A DNA stretch of 64,000 bases, from contig OY764216.1 of the NCBI GenBank assembly GCA_963668315.1, forward strand, positions 3,168,001-3,232,000. The letters are read 5' to 3'. The position numbers were made by a program, and so were the translations under genes. This DNA comes from Spirochaetia bacterium (GTDB taxonomy: Bacteria; Spirochaetota; Spirochaetia; DSM-2461). Shown here piece by piece: positions 45,845-55,362 of this stretch (within the stretch, counting starts at the first letter, position 1; the number at the start of each line of letters is the position of its first letter). The notes under the pieces were generated by a model. It was given only the letters and a program-made list of their open reading frames with translations, ran no database searches and was not told the origin of the DNA.

Positions 45845-47094
45845 CAATTGTAATAAAAGGAAATTTTATCGATACCCCCTCGCCGGAGAAATTCCGGGTC
45901 AGAGAAGAGGGTTATCTTGTTATCGAAAAGGGAAAAGTCCGCGGATACCGCGACACACCGCCCCGGGATACGGGGGAGGGGCAATTTTTCGATTACGGTG
46001 ATAAACTGATTATACCCTCTTTCTGTGATATGCACCTTCACGGACCCCAGTTTCTGCAGAGGGGCCTGGGGATGGATCGGGAGCTTATCGGCTGGCTGAA
46101 TGACTATACCTTTCCCCGGGAAGCCCGTTACGGCGATCCTGCCTACGCCCGGGATGCCTATGAGGTCTTCGCCGATTCTCTCTATCAGGCCGGATCTCTC
46201 CGTTCCTGCGTGTTCGGGACGGTCCATCGGAAGGGGACGGTTATTCTAGCCGAGGAGATGGAAAAGAGGGGGCTGGCCGCCTGCGTGGGCAAGGTGAACA
46301 TGGACAGCAATGCCCCCGATTATATCCGGGAGACGGGGGAGGAATCCCTGAGGGAAACGGTAAAATTTCTTGATGATATGGCCGGATTTTCCCGCATAAT
46401 GCCCATTATCACACCGCGCTTCGTCCCCAGCTGCAGCGGGGAGCTTCTCGGAAAGCTGGGTGATCTGGCAAAGGAAAGAGATCTGCCCGTTCAGTCCCAT
46501 CTGTGCGAAACCGTCCAGGAAGTGGCCTGGGTTAAGGAACTTTTTCCCGAGGGTGAAAGCTACAGCCATGTTTATGATAAAGCCGGCCTTTTAAGAGAGG
46601 GAAAGACTCTTATGGCCCACGGTATCTATATGAGCGAGGACGATCTGGATAGGATTAAAAGGACAGGCACGGCTCTGGTTCACTGTCCCGATTCCAATCT
46701 GAATCTGGCCAGCGGCATTATGGATACCTCCGGCCTTATGGACGGCGGGATAAACCTGGCCCTGGGTTCCGATGTGGGGGGGGGCCATGAGCTCCCCATG
46801 AACCGGGTGATTATCAGCGCCGTTCAGTCCTCCAAAACCCGCAGGCATTTTCTCGGACGCGGCAGAGAACTCTCCCATGAGGAAGCCTTCTACCTGGCCA
46901 CGAGGGGAGGTCTCAGCATCTGGGACAATACGGGCTGCTTTGACGAGGGCTGTCTCTTTGACGCCCTTGTTATTGACGACAGGATGCCCCATCGCGAGGA
47001 GCTGACCCTGACCGACCGTCTTTACCGTTATCTTTACACCTCTTCTGGAGGAGATCAGATAACAGCCCGGTTTCTTGAGGGACGGCGGATCTAA
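45841..47094 (+). CDS. guaD: Guanine deaminase
   Basis: DMHLHGPQ, WLNDYTFP, ITPRFVPSC, QSHLCE, HCPDSN, GSDVGGG. Confidence 0.92.
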   Translation: MTIVIKGNFIDTPSPEKFRVREEGYLVIEKGKVRGYRDTPPRDTGEGQFFDYGDKLIIPSFCDMHLHGPQFLQRGLGMDRELIGWLNDYTFPREARYGDPAYARDAYEVFADSLYQAGSLRSCVFGTVHRKGTVILAEEMEKRGLAACVGKVNMDSNAPDYIRETGEESLRETVKFLDDMAGFSRIMPIITPRFVPSCSGELLGKLGDLAKERDLPVQSHLCETVQEVAWVKELFPEGESYSHVYDKAGLLREGKTLMAHGIYMSEDDLDRIKRTGTALVHCPDSNLNLASGIMDTSGLMDGGINLALGSDVGGGHELPMNRVIISAVQSSKTRRHFLGRGRELSHEEAFYLATRGGLSIWDNTGCFDEGCLFDALVIDDRMPHREELTLTDRLYRYLYTSSGGDQITARFLEGRRI

Positions 47095-47101
47095 AGGATT
47101 A

Positions 47102-48214
47102 TCAGCTCTCTTCGTTTTCACCGGAGGGCAGCGTCAGCTGCCTCTGGTTGAGGATCTCTTCCATTTTATCCGGATTGCTCAGTGCCTTCAGGAGTTCCTT
47201 CTGCGATTCCTGAAGAACACGCCAGTCCTCTTCTGTCAGTTCTATGGGCTCGAAATCGGGTGAGTTCATAAAATTGTTCAGCTGTGACTGGAGGCCCGTA
47301 AAAAACTTGCTCTCCACCAGGGTATCCAGCCAGGGGAAATCCTCCTGGGGTTTCTTGTTCCCCTGCCGCTGCCCCAGGGAATCGAGTTCCATGGCCAGTT
47401 CTTTGCGGACTTCCTTGTCGGAAACCAGCTCTTCAATCCGGGATTTCAGATTCTCTATGGTCCGGTTTTTCTCCTCCAGTTCCCTGAGATGCTCCCTTTC
47501 CATCATCTCCGAATGGGTTTTGGCATAACGCATATAGGACGCCAGCTCATCCGCATTGCCCGAGAGCCGGTTCAGTATGGAGGAGAGGCGCAGCATGCGT
47601 TCATTCGCCATGGTATAGGGATAGCGGACCCTATGGTCGATCTCTCCCCAGGCTTCCTCGTAAAGGGTTCTGACCTGAACTTCCACTTCATAGGTTTCGG
47701 CGCCCGGCGAGGTCAGTAGCTGATAGTGAACCGAACGGTAGCCGAACTGATGCTCCTGGATGGCACAGTCCTTGTCCTTATAGTACTGGAGGATTCTTTC
47801 CGAATCGCCGTATCTCACATAGGCCGTCGGTTTCTCTGCCTGTTTCCATCCGGAAATGATAAAGTCATGGATCTCGGCCCAGTCCTCCTTGAAAATATGG
47901 AGCGCCCGTATTCCTATGAGATCGGTAATCTTATCCCTGTAGTTATTACGGGTTATCTGTTCCTGGGGACTGATTTTCATCTTGCGGAGTATCTTTTCCA
48001 GAAGATGCTCTTCATTTTTTATCCGATAATTGATGGAATGGATGGAGGAGCAGGTAAGGAGGGCGTTAACAATGGTCTGACCAGTGATTTCCAGAGCCGG
48101 TTTCAATTTCCGGTAATCTGCCAATATCGCTTCCAGTTCAGCCCAGTGTCGGTCGGCCAGTATGCAGTCTTCCTGATTCTTCAGGTATTCATTGTAGAAC
48201 TTTTCCCTGGTCAT
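47102..48214 (-). CDS. RelA/SpoT synthetase-domain protein (small alarmone synthetase-like) with a C-terminal coiled coil
   Basis: YRIK, DLIGIR, GYRSVHY, EVQVRT, EAWGEIDH; no hydrolase, TGS or ACT domain. Confidence 0.88.
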   Translation of the reverse strand: MTREKFYNEYLKNQEDCILADRHWAELEAILADYRKLKPALEITGQTIVNALLTCSSIHSINYRIKNEEHLLEKILRKMKISPQEQITRNNYRDKITDLIGIRALHIFKEDWAEIHDFIISGWKQAEKPTAYVRYGDSERILQYYKDKDCAIQEHQFGYRSVHYQLLTSPGAETYEVEVQVRTLYEEAWGEIDHRVRYPYTMANERMLRLSSILNRLSGNADELASYMRYAKTHSEMMEREHLRELEEKNRTIENLKSRIEELVSDKEVRKELAMELDSLGQRQGNKKPQEDFPWLDTLVESKFFTGLQSQLNNFMNSPDFEPIELTEEDWRVLQESQKELLKALSNPDKMEEILNQRQLTLPSGENEES

Positions 48215-48346
48215 ACGTTTAATATACTCCCAAACGGGTAAATTGTTACAAAAAAATTGGGGCTTTTTTGCCCGTTTTATCGGAAAGGCCGATTCTGTTT
48301 TCTTTGTGAAGCCCTTGTTGGTCCGCTCTCATCGGGGTAGAATAGG

Positions 48347-49477
48347 GTGATGATTGTTAAAATTGAAAAAATCGTTCCCGGCGGTGATGGAATGGGACGG
48401 GTTGACGGAAAAATCGTTTTCGTCCCCCTGGCCCTTCCCGGAGAGACGCACCGCGTAACAACGATTAGCGATAAAAAGGGCTTTGTCCGGGCCGAATCGG
48501 AAGAAATACTGGAAACCGCCCCCTCTTCCGTAGAGAGAGCCGAACCTTTCTGCCCCCTTTTTGGAAAATGCGGCGGCTGCAATATGCAGCATTTGTCCTA
48601 CGAGGCACAGTTGAAGGCTAAGGTCGACATGGCTCTGGATACCCTTTCACGCCAGGGCGGGGAAAATCTCGCCGGAGTTTTCTCGGAAAATCCGATCATA
48701 CATCCCTCTCCTGACAGGGGGTATAGAAACAGGGCTCAGTTTCACAGAAGAGGCGATCTGGCGGGATTCAGAGCCCGGAACAGCCATGAACTGGTACCCC
48801 TTTCCCATTGTCCCCTTCTGACGGAGGGCATTAATCACTATATCGGCCGCGGCCGAAGCGGATCATTTCCATCGCGGGAGAGGTTCACCCTCCTCGGAGA
48901 CGGGGAGAACTGCTGGGTGGAGGGGATACACCGGCGGGCTCAGATTGATCTGATGGGTAAGAAGATCCTCCTGAATCCGGGACTGTTTTTTCAAAGTAAC
49001 CTGTCCCTTTTTCCGAAGCTCGTCGAAAAGGTTCTGGCCTTCGCCGGCGACGGGGAAACTTTTATAGACCTTTACAGCGGTGTGGGGGTCTTTGCCATGT
49101 TTCTCGAGGACCGGTTTGAGAAGGGAGTCGCGGTGGAATCATCCCGGGGAGCCCTCGAATATGCCCGCATGAACCTGACTAAGACGGATTTCTACGAGGA
49201 GCCCGTTGAGAAGTGGGTTGAGAAGGAAGCCCGCTTAACTCCTGACTTTCTTGTGGTTGATCCGCCGAGAACCGGTCTTTCCCGCACGGCCCGGGAGGCC
49301 GTCCTGGCCCTGGCGCCGCATAGAATCTCCTATGTCTCCTGCGATCCTGTGACGCAGGCCAGGGATCTCAAGGAACTCACCGCCGGAAAGTACCGCCTTG
49401 CCGGTTACGAGCTTTTTGATTTTTATCCCCATACGTCCCACATGGAAGGGCTGGCCCATCTGGAGCGCTGCCGGTGA
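48347..49477 (+). CDS. 23S rRNA m5U methyltransferase (RlmD/TrmA family)
   Basis: TRAM domain, CPLFGKCGGC, YRNR, FFQSN, DLYSGVG, DPPRTG, YVSC, FYPHT.H.E. Confidence 0.9.
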   Translation: MMIVKIEKIVPGGDGMGRVDGKIVFVPLALPGETHRVTTISDKKGFVRAESEEILETAPSSVERAEPFCPLFGKCGGCNMQHLSYEAQLKAKVDMALDTLSRQGGENLAGVFSENPIIHPSPDRGYRNRAQFHRRGDLAGFRARNSHELVPLSHCPLLTEGINHYIGRGRSGSFPSRERFTLLGDGENCWVEGIHRRAQIDLMGKKILLNPGLFFQSNLSLFPKLVEKVLAFAGDGETFIDLYSGVGVFAMFLEDRFEKGVAVESSRGALEYARMNLTKTDFYEEPVEKWVEKEARLTPDFLVVDPPRTGLSRTAREAVLALAPHRISYVSCDPVTQARDLKELTAGKYRLAGYELFDFYPHTSHMEGLAHLERCR

Positions 49478-51180
49478 GGAAGCCCCCTTTTTTACTCCTT
49501 CTCCTGGCCGTTATGGTCATAGCTTCCTTTCAGACAGGAGCGCAGGAGGGGGGACAGTCACAAAGGGAAGCCCTCTGGAAGCGTGCGGTGGGAGGGGAAA
49601 TCTCCTCCTGGCAGGCTGTCGGGCCGGACGGGATCATCTATCTTATCGGTGATGACCGGGCCCTTCATGCCCTTTCCCCCCGGAACGGTGAGGATATATG
49701 GCTGTACCGACCGGGGGGAAGACTCTCCAGTTTTCTGGCGGTCAGCCCCGACGGCACCGTTTATATTCAGAACCGGGACAATGAAATTTTTGCGGTCAAT
49801 CCCGGCGGGGAAGCCCGATGGAAATGCGTCGTGGAGAGCCCTGTCAGGCAGATGCCCGCCCTCACTCCCGAGGGAACACTGATCTTCCTTATGGACCGGG
49901 GCCTTATGGCGGCCCTATCCCGCAAGGGGGATATTCTCTGGACAGAAGAGCTCCATTCGACTCCGACCGCCTCACCCATTATCGATTACAGAGGCCAGAT
50001 CTATGTGGCCGTTGAAGAGGGGATCCTCTGCTATAATCTGGACGGGGACAGAAAATGGGCCCTGGGACTGGAGGGAATCACACGGCTGGCAGTGGATAGG
50101 AAAGGGCGTATCTACGGGTTTACGGCCCGGGGACGCATCCGGTCATTCAGCCATTCGGGCGAACAGCTCTGGGATTCCGGCACGGAACCGGGGGAGGTCG
50201 TCTCCCTGGCTCTGCGCGAGGATGACGTTCTCATTCAGACCGCCGACGGGGTGATTTTCCGGGCCGATTCCATCGGATCGGAGAGCTTCTACCAGGGCCC
50301 GATGCCCCTTGCACCGGGCTATCTTACCGAGAGCGGCCGGCTCTGTTTCTTCGACCGGGACAACCGTTTCGTCTCTCTGGATTTCGAATCGGGAGAAGAG
50401 GAAGTCCTCTTTACCGTTCCCGATGTCCCGTCACCCCCTCTGGTCACCGAAGCGGGGCTGATCCTTTTCGGGGCGGCGGACTGGCGCTTCTACGCCTACC
50501 GGGGAGAAAAGCCCGATGACGGGTGGAGCCAGTTCCGCGCCAATCCCCGGAGGGACGGATCGCTTTATGCCGTTCTCACTCCCGAAGCCAAGGAGAAACT
50601 CTACCGGGACGATACCCGCTGGATCTACTACAACTATTTCACCGCCACAGAGGATCCGGAAGACCAGATGGACCTGGTGGATGAGGTCCGTTCCTACGGG
50701 GAGGACCGTTCCCTCCTGGAAGAGTCCATTCCCTTCTGGGATCTTCTGATGATGAAACTGACCCAGACCCATGACGACCGTACCTATATGGTGGGGGACA
50801 GGGGCTATCGGGATAATCCGGTCGTCCGGGCCGAAGCCTACCGCCTACTGGGAGACTGGGCCGTTTATCCTGCGCGTAATTCCCTTCTGGCCCATGTGAA
50901 TCAGGAAAGGGACCCTCTTGTCCTGGCCGCCGCCTGCTATGCCCTGGGGCAGATCGCTTCGGACTGGGACGGCCGTTCGGCCGACGCCATTGGGAAAATC
51001 GTCAGAAATCCGGCCAATCTCCGTTCGCCCCGTCTGGCCGAGGAAGCGGGTATAGCCCTTGAGCAGATTATGGTCTACAACGGCGGAAAGGTCGCCGAAA
51101 CCTGCTGGGAGTACTACTCCCTCATCCTGGAAAGTCCGGCCGTCTCTCAGGATGTGAAAAACATATTGATGGAAAGGTAG
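49474..51180 (+). CDS. Secreted PQQ-like beta-propeller protein with a C-terminal HEAT-like domain
   Basis: Signal peptide; repeated PDG.IY / G...W blade motifs; C-terminal VRAEAYRLLG and ALGQI. Confidence 0.78.
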   Translation: MRKPPFLLLLLAVMVIASFQTGAQEGGQSQREALWKRAVGGEISSWQAVGPDGIIYLIGDDRALHALSPRNGEDIWLYRPGGRLSSFLAVSPDGTVYIQNRDNEIFAVNPGGEARWKCVVESPVRQMPALTPEGTLIFLMDRGLMAALSRKGDILWTEELHSTPTASPIIDYRGQIYVAVEEGILCYNLDGDRKWALGLEGITRLAVDRKGRIYGFTARGRIRSFSHSGEQLWDSGTEPGEVVSLALREDDVLIQTADGVIFRADSIGSESFYQGPMPLAPGYLTESGRLCFFDRDNRFVSLDFESGEEEVLFTVPDVPSPPLVTEAGLILFGAADWRFYAYRGEKPDDGWSQFRANPRRDGSLYAVLTPEAKEKLYRDDTRWIYYNYFTATEDPEDQMDLVDEVRSYGEDRSLLEESIPFWDLLMMKLTQTHDDRTYMVGDRGYRDNPVVRAEAYRLLGDWAVYPARNSLLAHVNQERDPLVLAAACYALGQIASDWDGRSADAIGKIVRNPANLRSPRLAEEAGIALEQIMVYNGGKVAETCWEYYSLILESPAVSQDVKNILMER

Positions 51181-51233
51181 ATTTCTTCGTTTCAGACTAT
51201 CTTCGGTTTATCCTTTTTGATATAATCGCGTTT

Positions 51234-53069
51234 ATGAAAAAGGATAACGAAAATTCCAACCTAAGAAATATAGCCATCATAGCCCACGTTGACCACGGTA
51301 AAACAACCCTTGTTGACGCTCTTTTCAAGCAGTCCGGTCTTTTCCGGGAAAACCAGGAGACCGAAGAACGTCTCATGGACAGCATGGATCTGGAAAGAGA
51401 GAGGGGCATCACCATAGCCGCGAAAAACTGTTCCATCAAATGGAAAGGTGTCAAGGTCAATATTCTTGATACTCCGGGCCATGCCGACTTCGGAGGCGAA
51501 GTGGAAAGGGCCCTCTCCATGGTGGACGGCGCCATTCTTCTGGTCGACTCTTCCGAAGGCCCTCTTCCCCAGACCCGTTTCGTTCTGGGAAAAGCGCTGA
51601 ACGCGGGACTGAAGATCATCGTCGTCATCAACAAAATAGACCGACCCGATGCACGCTGTCAGGAAGTTCTGAATGAGGTTTATGATCTCCTTATCGATCT
51701 TGATGCCGATGAGGAACAGCTGGAATTCCCCCTGTTCTACGCCAACGGGCGGGACGGCATTGCGGGGAAATCCCTCGATGAGCCGATGGAGAACCTTCAC
51801 GGTCTTCTGGATGCCATCGTGGAAGAGATTCCCGGACCCAGCTATGTGGAGAACGAGCCCTTTCAGATGATGGTTTCCGACCTCTCCTATTCTGATTATC
51901 TGGGCCGCCTGGCCGTAGGTAAGGTAGTGAACGGCAGCGTCAAAGCCCGGGACGGGCTGATCTGTCTGGGAGACGGGGGCAAACAGACTCCCCTTAACGT
52001 AACGAAAATCCAGGTTTACCAGGGTCCGAATCTGGTGGAGACCGAATCGGTGGAACCCGGTGAAATCGTCGTTCTCGCCGGTATCGATGATGTTTTTATC
52101 GGCGATACCATCTGTCACCGTTCCGATCCCAAGGCCCTGAAGAGACTCACTGTCGACGAGCCTACGGTCAGTATGCGCTTCACGCCCAATACCTCTCCCT
52201 TCCAGGGACAGGAGGGAAAACTGGTGCAGTCCAGCAAGATCCGTGAGAGACTCCAGAAAGAAACCATGCTCAACGTTTCCATTAAAGTGGAGGAAGATAC
52301 GAACGGGGAAGGTTTCATCGTCAAGGGCCGGGGCGAATTCCAGATGGTTATCCTGATCGAGACCATGAGACGGGAGGGCTTCGAACTCTGCGTGGGCCGT
52401 CCGGAAGTCATCTTCCATAAAAAGGACGGGAAAACCCTGGAGCCCATCGAGCATCTCTATGTGGATTGTGAAGAGGTCTACACCGGTATCGTCACGGAAA
52501 AGCTTTCCCAGAGAAAGGGCCGTATGCTCGCCTTCGTCAGCCATGAAAACGGTCGGGCGCGTCTGGAATTCTCCGTTCCTTCCCGGGCCCTTATCGGCTA
52601 CCGCGATGAATTTCTTACCGATACGAGGGGAACGGGTATCCTGAACTCCCTTATCAGCGGTTACGAAGAGTACCGGGGCGATTTCGCCGAGAGGCACACG
52701 GGCTCTCTTATCGGCGACCGTATCGGTGAAGCCGTTCCCTACGCGCTCTTTAACCTGGAGCCGAGGGGGGTACTTTTCATTACTCCCGGGGCGAGGGTTT
52801 ATGAGGGAATGATCGTAGGCGAGCACAACAGGGAGAATGACCTGAATGTTAACCCCTGCAAGACGAAAAAACTTACCAACATGCGGGCTTCCGGCAAGGA
52901 TGACGCGGTTGTTCTGACCCCCGTCATGCCCATGACGCTGGAAAGGGCCATCCAGTTTATCCGGGAGGATGAAATGGTTGAAGTAACGCCCCAGAATATC
53001 CGGCTCAGGAAAAGAACGCTCAGCGCAGCCGACCGGAAAGTGGAAAATAAGAAGGTCGGTGGAAAATAA
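51234..53069 (+). CDS. typA: Ribosome-associated GTPase TypA/BipA
   Basis: AHVDHGKTT, ERGITI, DTPGHADFGGEVER, NKID, GRGE, KKLTNMRASG. Confidence 0.97.
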   Translation: MKKDNENSNLRNIAIIAHVDHGKTTLVDALFKQSGLFRENQETEERLMDSMDLERERGITIAAKNCSIKWKGVKVNILDTPGHADFGGEVERALSMVDGAILLVDSSEGPLPQTRFVLGKALNAGLKIIVVINKIDRPDARCQEVLNEVYDLLIDLDADEEQLEFPLFYANGRDGIAGKSLDEPMENLHGLLDAIVEEIPGPSYVENEPFQMMVSDLSYSDYLGRLAVGKVVNGSVKARDGLICLGDGGKQTPLNVTKIQVYQGPNLVETESVEPGEIVVLAGIDDVFIGDTICHRSDPKALKRLTVDEPTVSMRFTPNTSPFQGQEGKLVQSSKIRERLQKETMLNVSIKVEEDTNGEGFIVKGRGEFQMVILIETMRREGFELCVGRPEVIFHKKDGKTLEPIEHLYVDCEEVYTGIVTEKLSQRKGRMLAFVSHENGRARLEFSVPSRALIGYRDEFLTDTRGTGILNSLISGYEEYRGDFAERHTGSLIGDRIGEAVPYALFNLEPRGVLFITPGARVYEGMIVGEHNRENDLNVNPCKTKKLTNMRASGKDDAVVLTPVMPMTLERAIQFIREDEMVEVTPQNIRLRKRTLSAADRKVENKKVGGK

Positions 53070-53094
53070 AAGGGTCTGGTGATAGAATAGTTCC

Positions 53095-53790
53095 ATGAAA
53101 AGAAGAATTATTATTTCCTTACTGACTCTCCTGATGGCCGCCTCCTGTGTTACAACGGGCGGTCAGGGAAAAATCTCCCTGACCGGAACGGGAACCGTGG
53201 CGGCCGTCCCGGACAGGGCGGGCTTTGACCTGAACTTCAGGGAATCGGGAGACACGACCGCTGAAGCCAGGGACAGGGTGAATGTTCTCGTCGATCGATC
53301 TCTCGCTGTGATCAGCGGGGAGGGAATCGCTCCGGAAAACATCAGAACCACCGGTATCAGCTATTATCAGAAAACACGCTGGGACGATGGGAAGGAAGTT
53401 TTTCTGGGGCAGGAAGCCGTCCAGACTCTGAGCATCACCGTGGATCTTGAGGAAAAAGCGGCGAATCTCAACCGGCTCATCGACAGCCTGGCCGAAATAG
53501 ACGGCATCGGTGTCGGGGGATTGACCTTTGAGGTCTCCCGTTCCAGCTCCTTCAGGGAGGAAGCCCGCCGTCTGGCCTTTGAGAATGCCCGAATGAGGGC
53601 GGAGCAGTACGCGGCTCTTGCCGGCAGGAAACTGGGAAAAGTCCTAACCCTGACGGAACAGCGCAGTTCGGCGGCTCCCATACGCTACTCCCTTATGGAA
53701 AAGGCCGCGGCCGACGGTCCGGCTACCCAGGTTCAGACCGGCTTGAATGAAATTACCGTTGTCATAGAAGTGGAATTCGAGTTAGAATAG
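53095..53790 (+). CDS. SIMPL (DUF541) domain lipoprotein
   Basis: Lipobox AAS-C; ISLTGTGTV...PD.A; A..NA..RA..YA; terminal VEFEL. Confidence 0.85.
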   Translation: MKRRIIISLLTLLMAASCVTTGGQGKISLTGTGTVAAVPDRAGFDLNFRESGDTTAEARDRVNVLVDRSLAVISGEGIAPENIRTTGISYYQKTRWDDGKEVFLGQEAVQTLSITVDLEEKAANLNRLIDSLAEIDGIGVGGLTFEVSRSSSFREEARRLAFENARMRAEQYAALAGRKLGKVLTLTEQRSSAAPIRYSLMEKAAADGPATQVQTGLNEITVVIEVEFELE

Positions 53791-53793
53791 CCC

Positions 53794-54816
53794 ATGGAAT
53801 CGGTTCAGACAATACAATTCGGTACGGCACAATCACTCATTTCCCTGGCTTCTCCCGCTGAAATACGGGATAGGATCGCTGATCTTTATGTGGCCGATGG
53901 CAACACGGCGGAATTCCTTTCGGATAAGCAAAGGGAATGCGCCGTGATTCTGCCTCCGGGGGAGTCGGAGAAAACCTTTACGTCCATAGAAAAGATTATT
54001 GCCCGGGCGGTTGAACTGAAGCTGGACAGAAGTTCTCTCATTCTGGGGCTGGGGGGGGGAGTCATCTGCGATATGACCGCCTTCGCCGCGTCCCTCTATA
54101 TGCGCGGATGCCGGGTAGAACTTGTCCCCACCTCTCTGCTGGCTATGGTTGATGCCTCCGTAGGCGGTAAAACCGGAGTGGATTACGGGGCCTTCAAGAA
54201 TATGATAGGAACCTTCTATCCGGCGGAGCAGGTGATCCTCTGTCCCGAATATGTAGCCACGCTGCCGCAGAAAGAGTTTTTATGCGGTCTGGCAGAAGCC
54301 ATAAAAACGGCTCTTCTCGGAGATCTTGAGATGCTGGAGCTTCTGGAGAGTGAAAAGAAGACCGTTTTGGAGAGAGACCCTTCTCTCGTTAAGGAGCTTA
54401 TCGTCCGCTGCGTCCGTTTTAAGGGACGGATCGTGGAGGAGGACCTGAAGGAGAACGGCGTGCGTGCCTGCCTCAACCTGGGGCACACGTTCGGCCATGC
54501 CCTCGAATCGGTAACGGGATTTTCTCGGGTGAGCCACGGGGAAGGCGTTGCCTGGGGTATCGCCAAAGCCGCCAAGGCAGCCTACAGCCGGGGGGATATC
54601 GGATCGGATTATCATGACAGGATTATTCGTCTTCTTGAAGGTTATGGTTATAATCTTTCCTACGATATCTCATCTGATGACCTGATGGAAGCCATGGGGC
54701 ATGATAAAAAGATCCGGGGTGGACAGAAACGATTCATTCTGCCATCCGGTCCGGGAAAGTTTACCATAACGCCCCTCGATGAGGAATTTGTCAGAGACAT
54801 TGTATCCCGGCCGTAA
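53794..54816 (+). CDS. aroB: 3-dehydroquinate synthase
   Basis: GGGVICD, PTSLLAMVDASVGGKTG, LNLGHTFGHALE, HGEGVA. Confidence 0.95.
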   Translation: MESVQTIQFGTAQSLISLASPAEIRDRIADLYVADGNTAEFLSDKQRECAVILPPGESEKTFTSIEKIIARAVELKLDRSSLILGLGGGVICDMTAFAASLYMRGCRVELVPTSLLAMVDASVGGKTGVDYGAFKNMIGTFYPAEQVILCPEYVATLPQKEFLCGLAEAIKTALLGDLEMLELLESEKKTVLERDPSLVKELIVRCVRFKGRIVEEDLKENGVRACLNLGHTFGHALESVTGFSRVSHGEGVAWGIAKAAKAAYSRGDIGSDYHDRIIRLLEGYGYNLSYDISSDDLMEAMGHDKKIRGGQKRFILPSGPGKFTITPLDEEFVRDIVSRP

Positions 54817-54837
54817 CGGGAGATCAGGAGACAATCC

Positions 54838-55362
54838 ATGAAAGCTTATTTTCTATTTGCTCTGGTTCTGGTAATCGGTGCCGGCTGTACAACCTATCAG
54901 CCGGAGGAATCTTCCCCTTCGGAGGAATCGGCGGGGGTGGTGAACGGAATAGGGGAAAACGTACCTCAAGGGGAAGTCTCCGAATCCTCTTCCCTCCTGA
55001 AGGAAAGGGGGTTTGAGGAGGCCGGAATAGGGTTTACCGGTCCGGCGGATAAAGAGTACCGCTCTTTTTTCAGCTGGGACGAGATGGCTGCCTATATCCC
55101 TCCCGAGGATATGTTCACCCCGATCGATTTTTCCACAGATATGGTACTGGCCTGTTTCATGGGGGAGAAGCCAACCGGCGGTTATATGAATTTGATTACC
55201 CGCCTTGAGGAGAGTTCCGATTCTCTGACCGTCTATGTTCAGATTGAGAAACCCCGGGAGGGGGATCTGGTCGCCCAGATGGTCACCTATCCCTGGTATG
55301 CCGTTGTCACGGAAATCACCGATAAGAAAATTGTCTGGGATGAGATCAGGGCAAACCGCTGA
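54838..55362 (+). CDS. Lipoprotein with a PrcB C-terminal-like domain
   Basis: Lipobox GAG-C; IDF...MGEKPTGGY...AQMVTYPW. Confidence 0.75.
   Translation: MKAYFLFALVLVIGAGCTTYQPEESSPSEESAGVVNGIGENVPQGEVSESSSLLKERGFEEAGIGFTGPADKEYRSFFSWDEMAAYIPPEDMFTPIDFSTDMVLACFMGEKPTGGYMNLITRLEESSDSLTVYVQIEKPREGDLVAQMVTYPWYAVVTEITDKKIVWDEIRANR

Noticed and set aside
30585..47094. Selenocysteine read-through in the selenium-linked cluster
   Set aside because: All ORFs are full length for their families, and the TGA stops coincide with normal ends or overlapping starts.
51261..53096. 611-aa antisense ORF, the same length as typA
   Set aside because: Codon-aligned shadow of a biased, GC-rich gene; no motifs; the equal length is coincidental.
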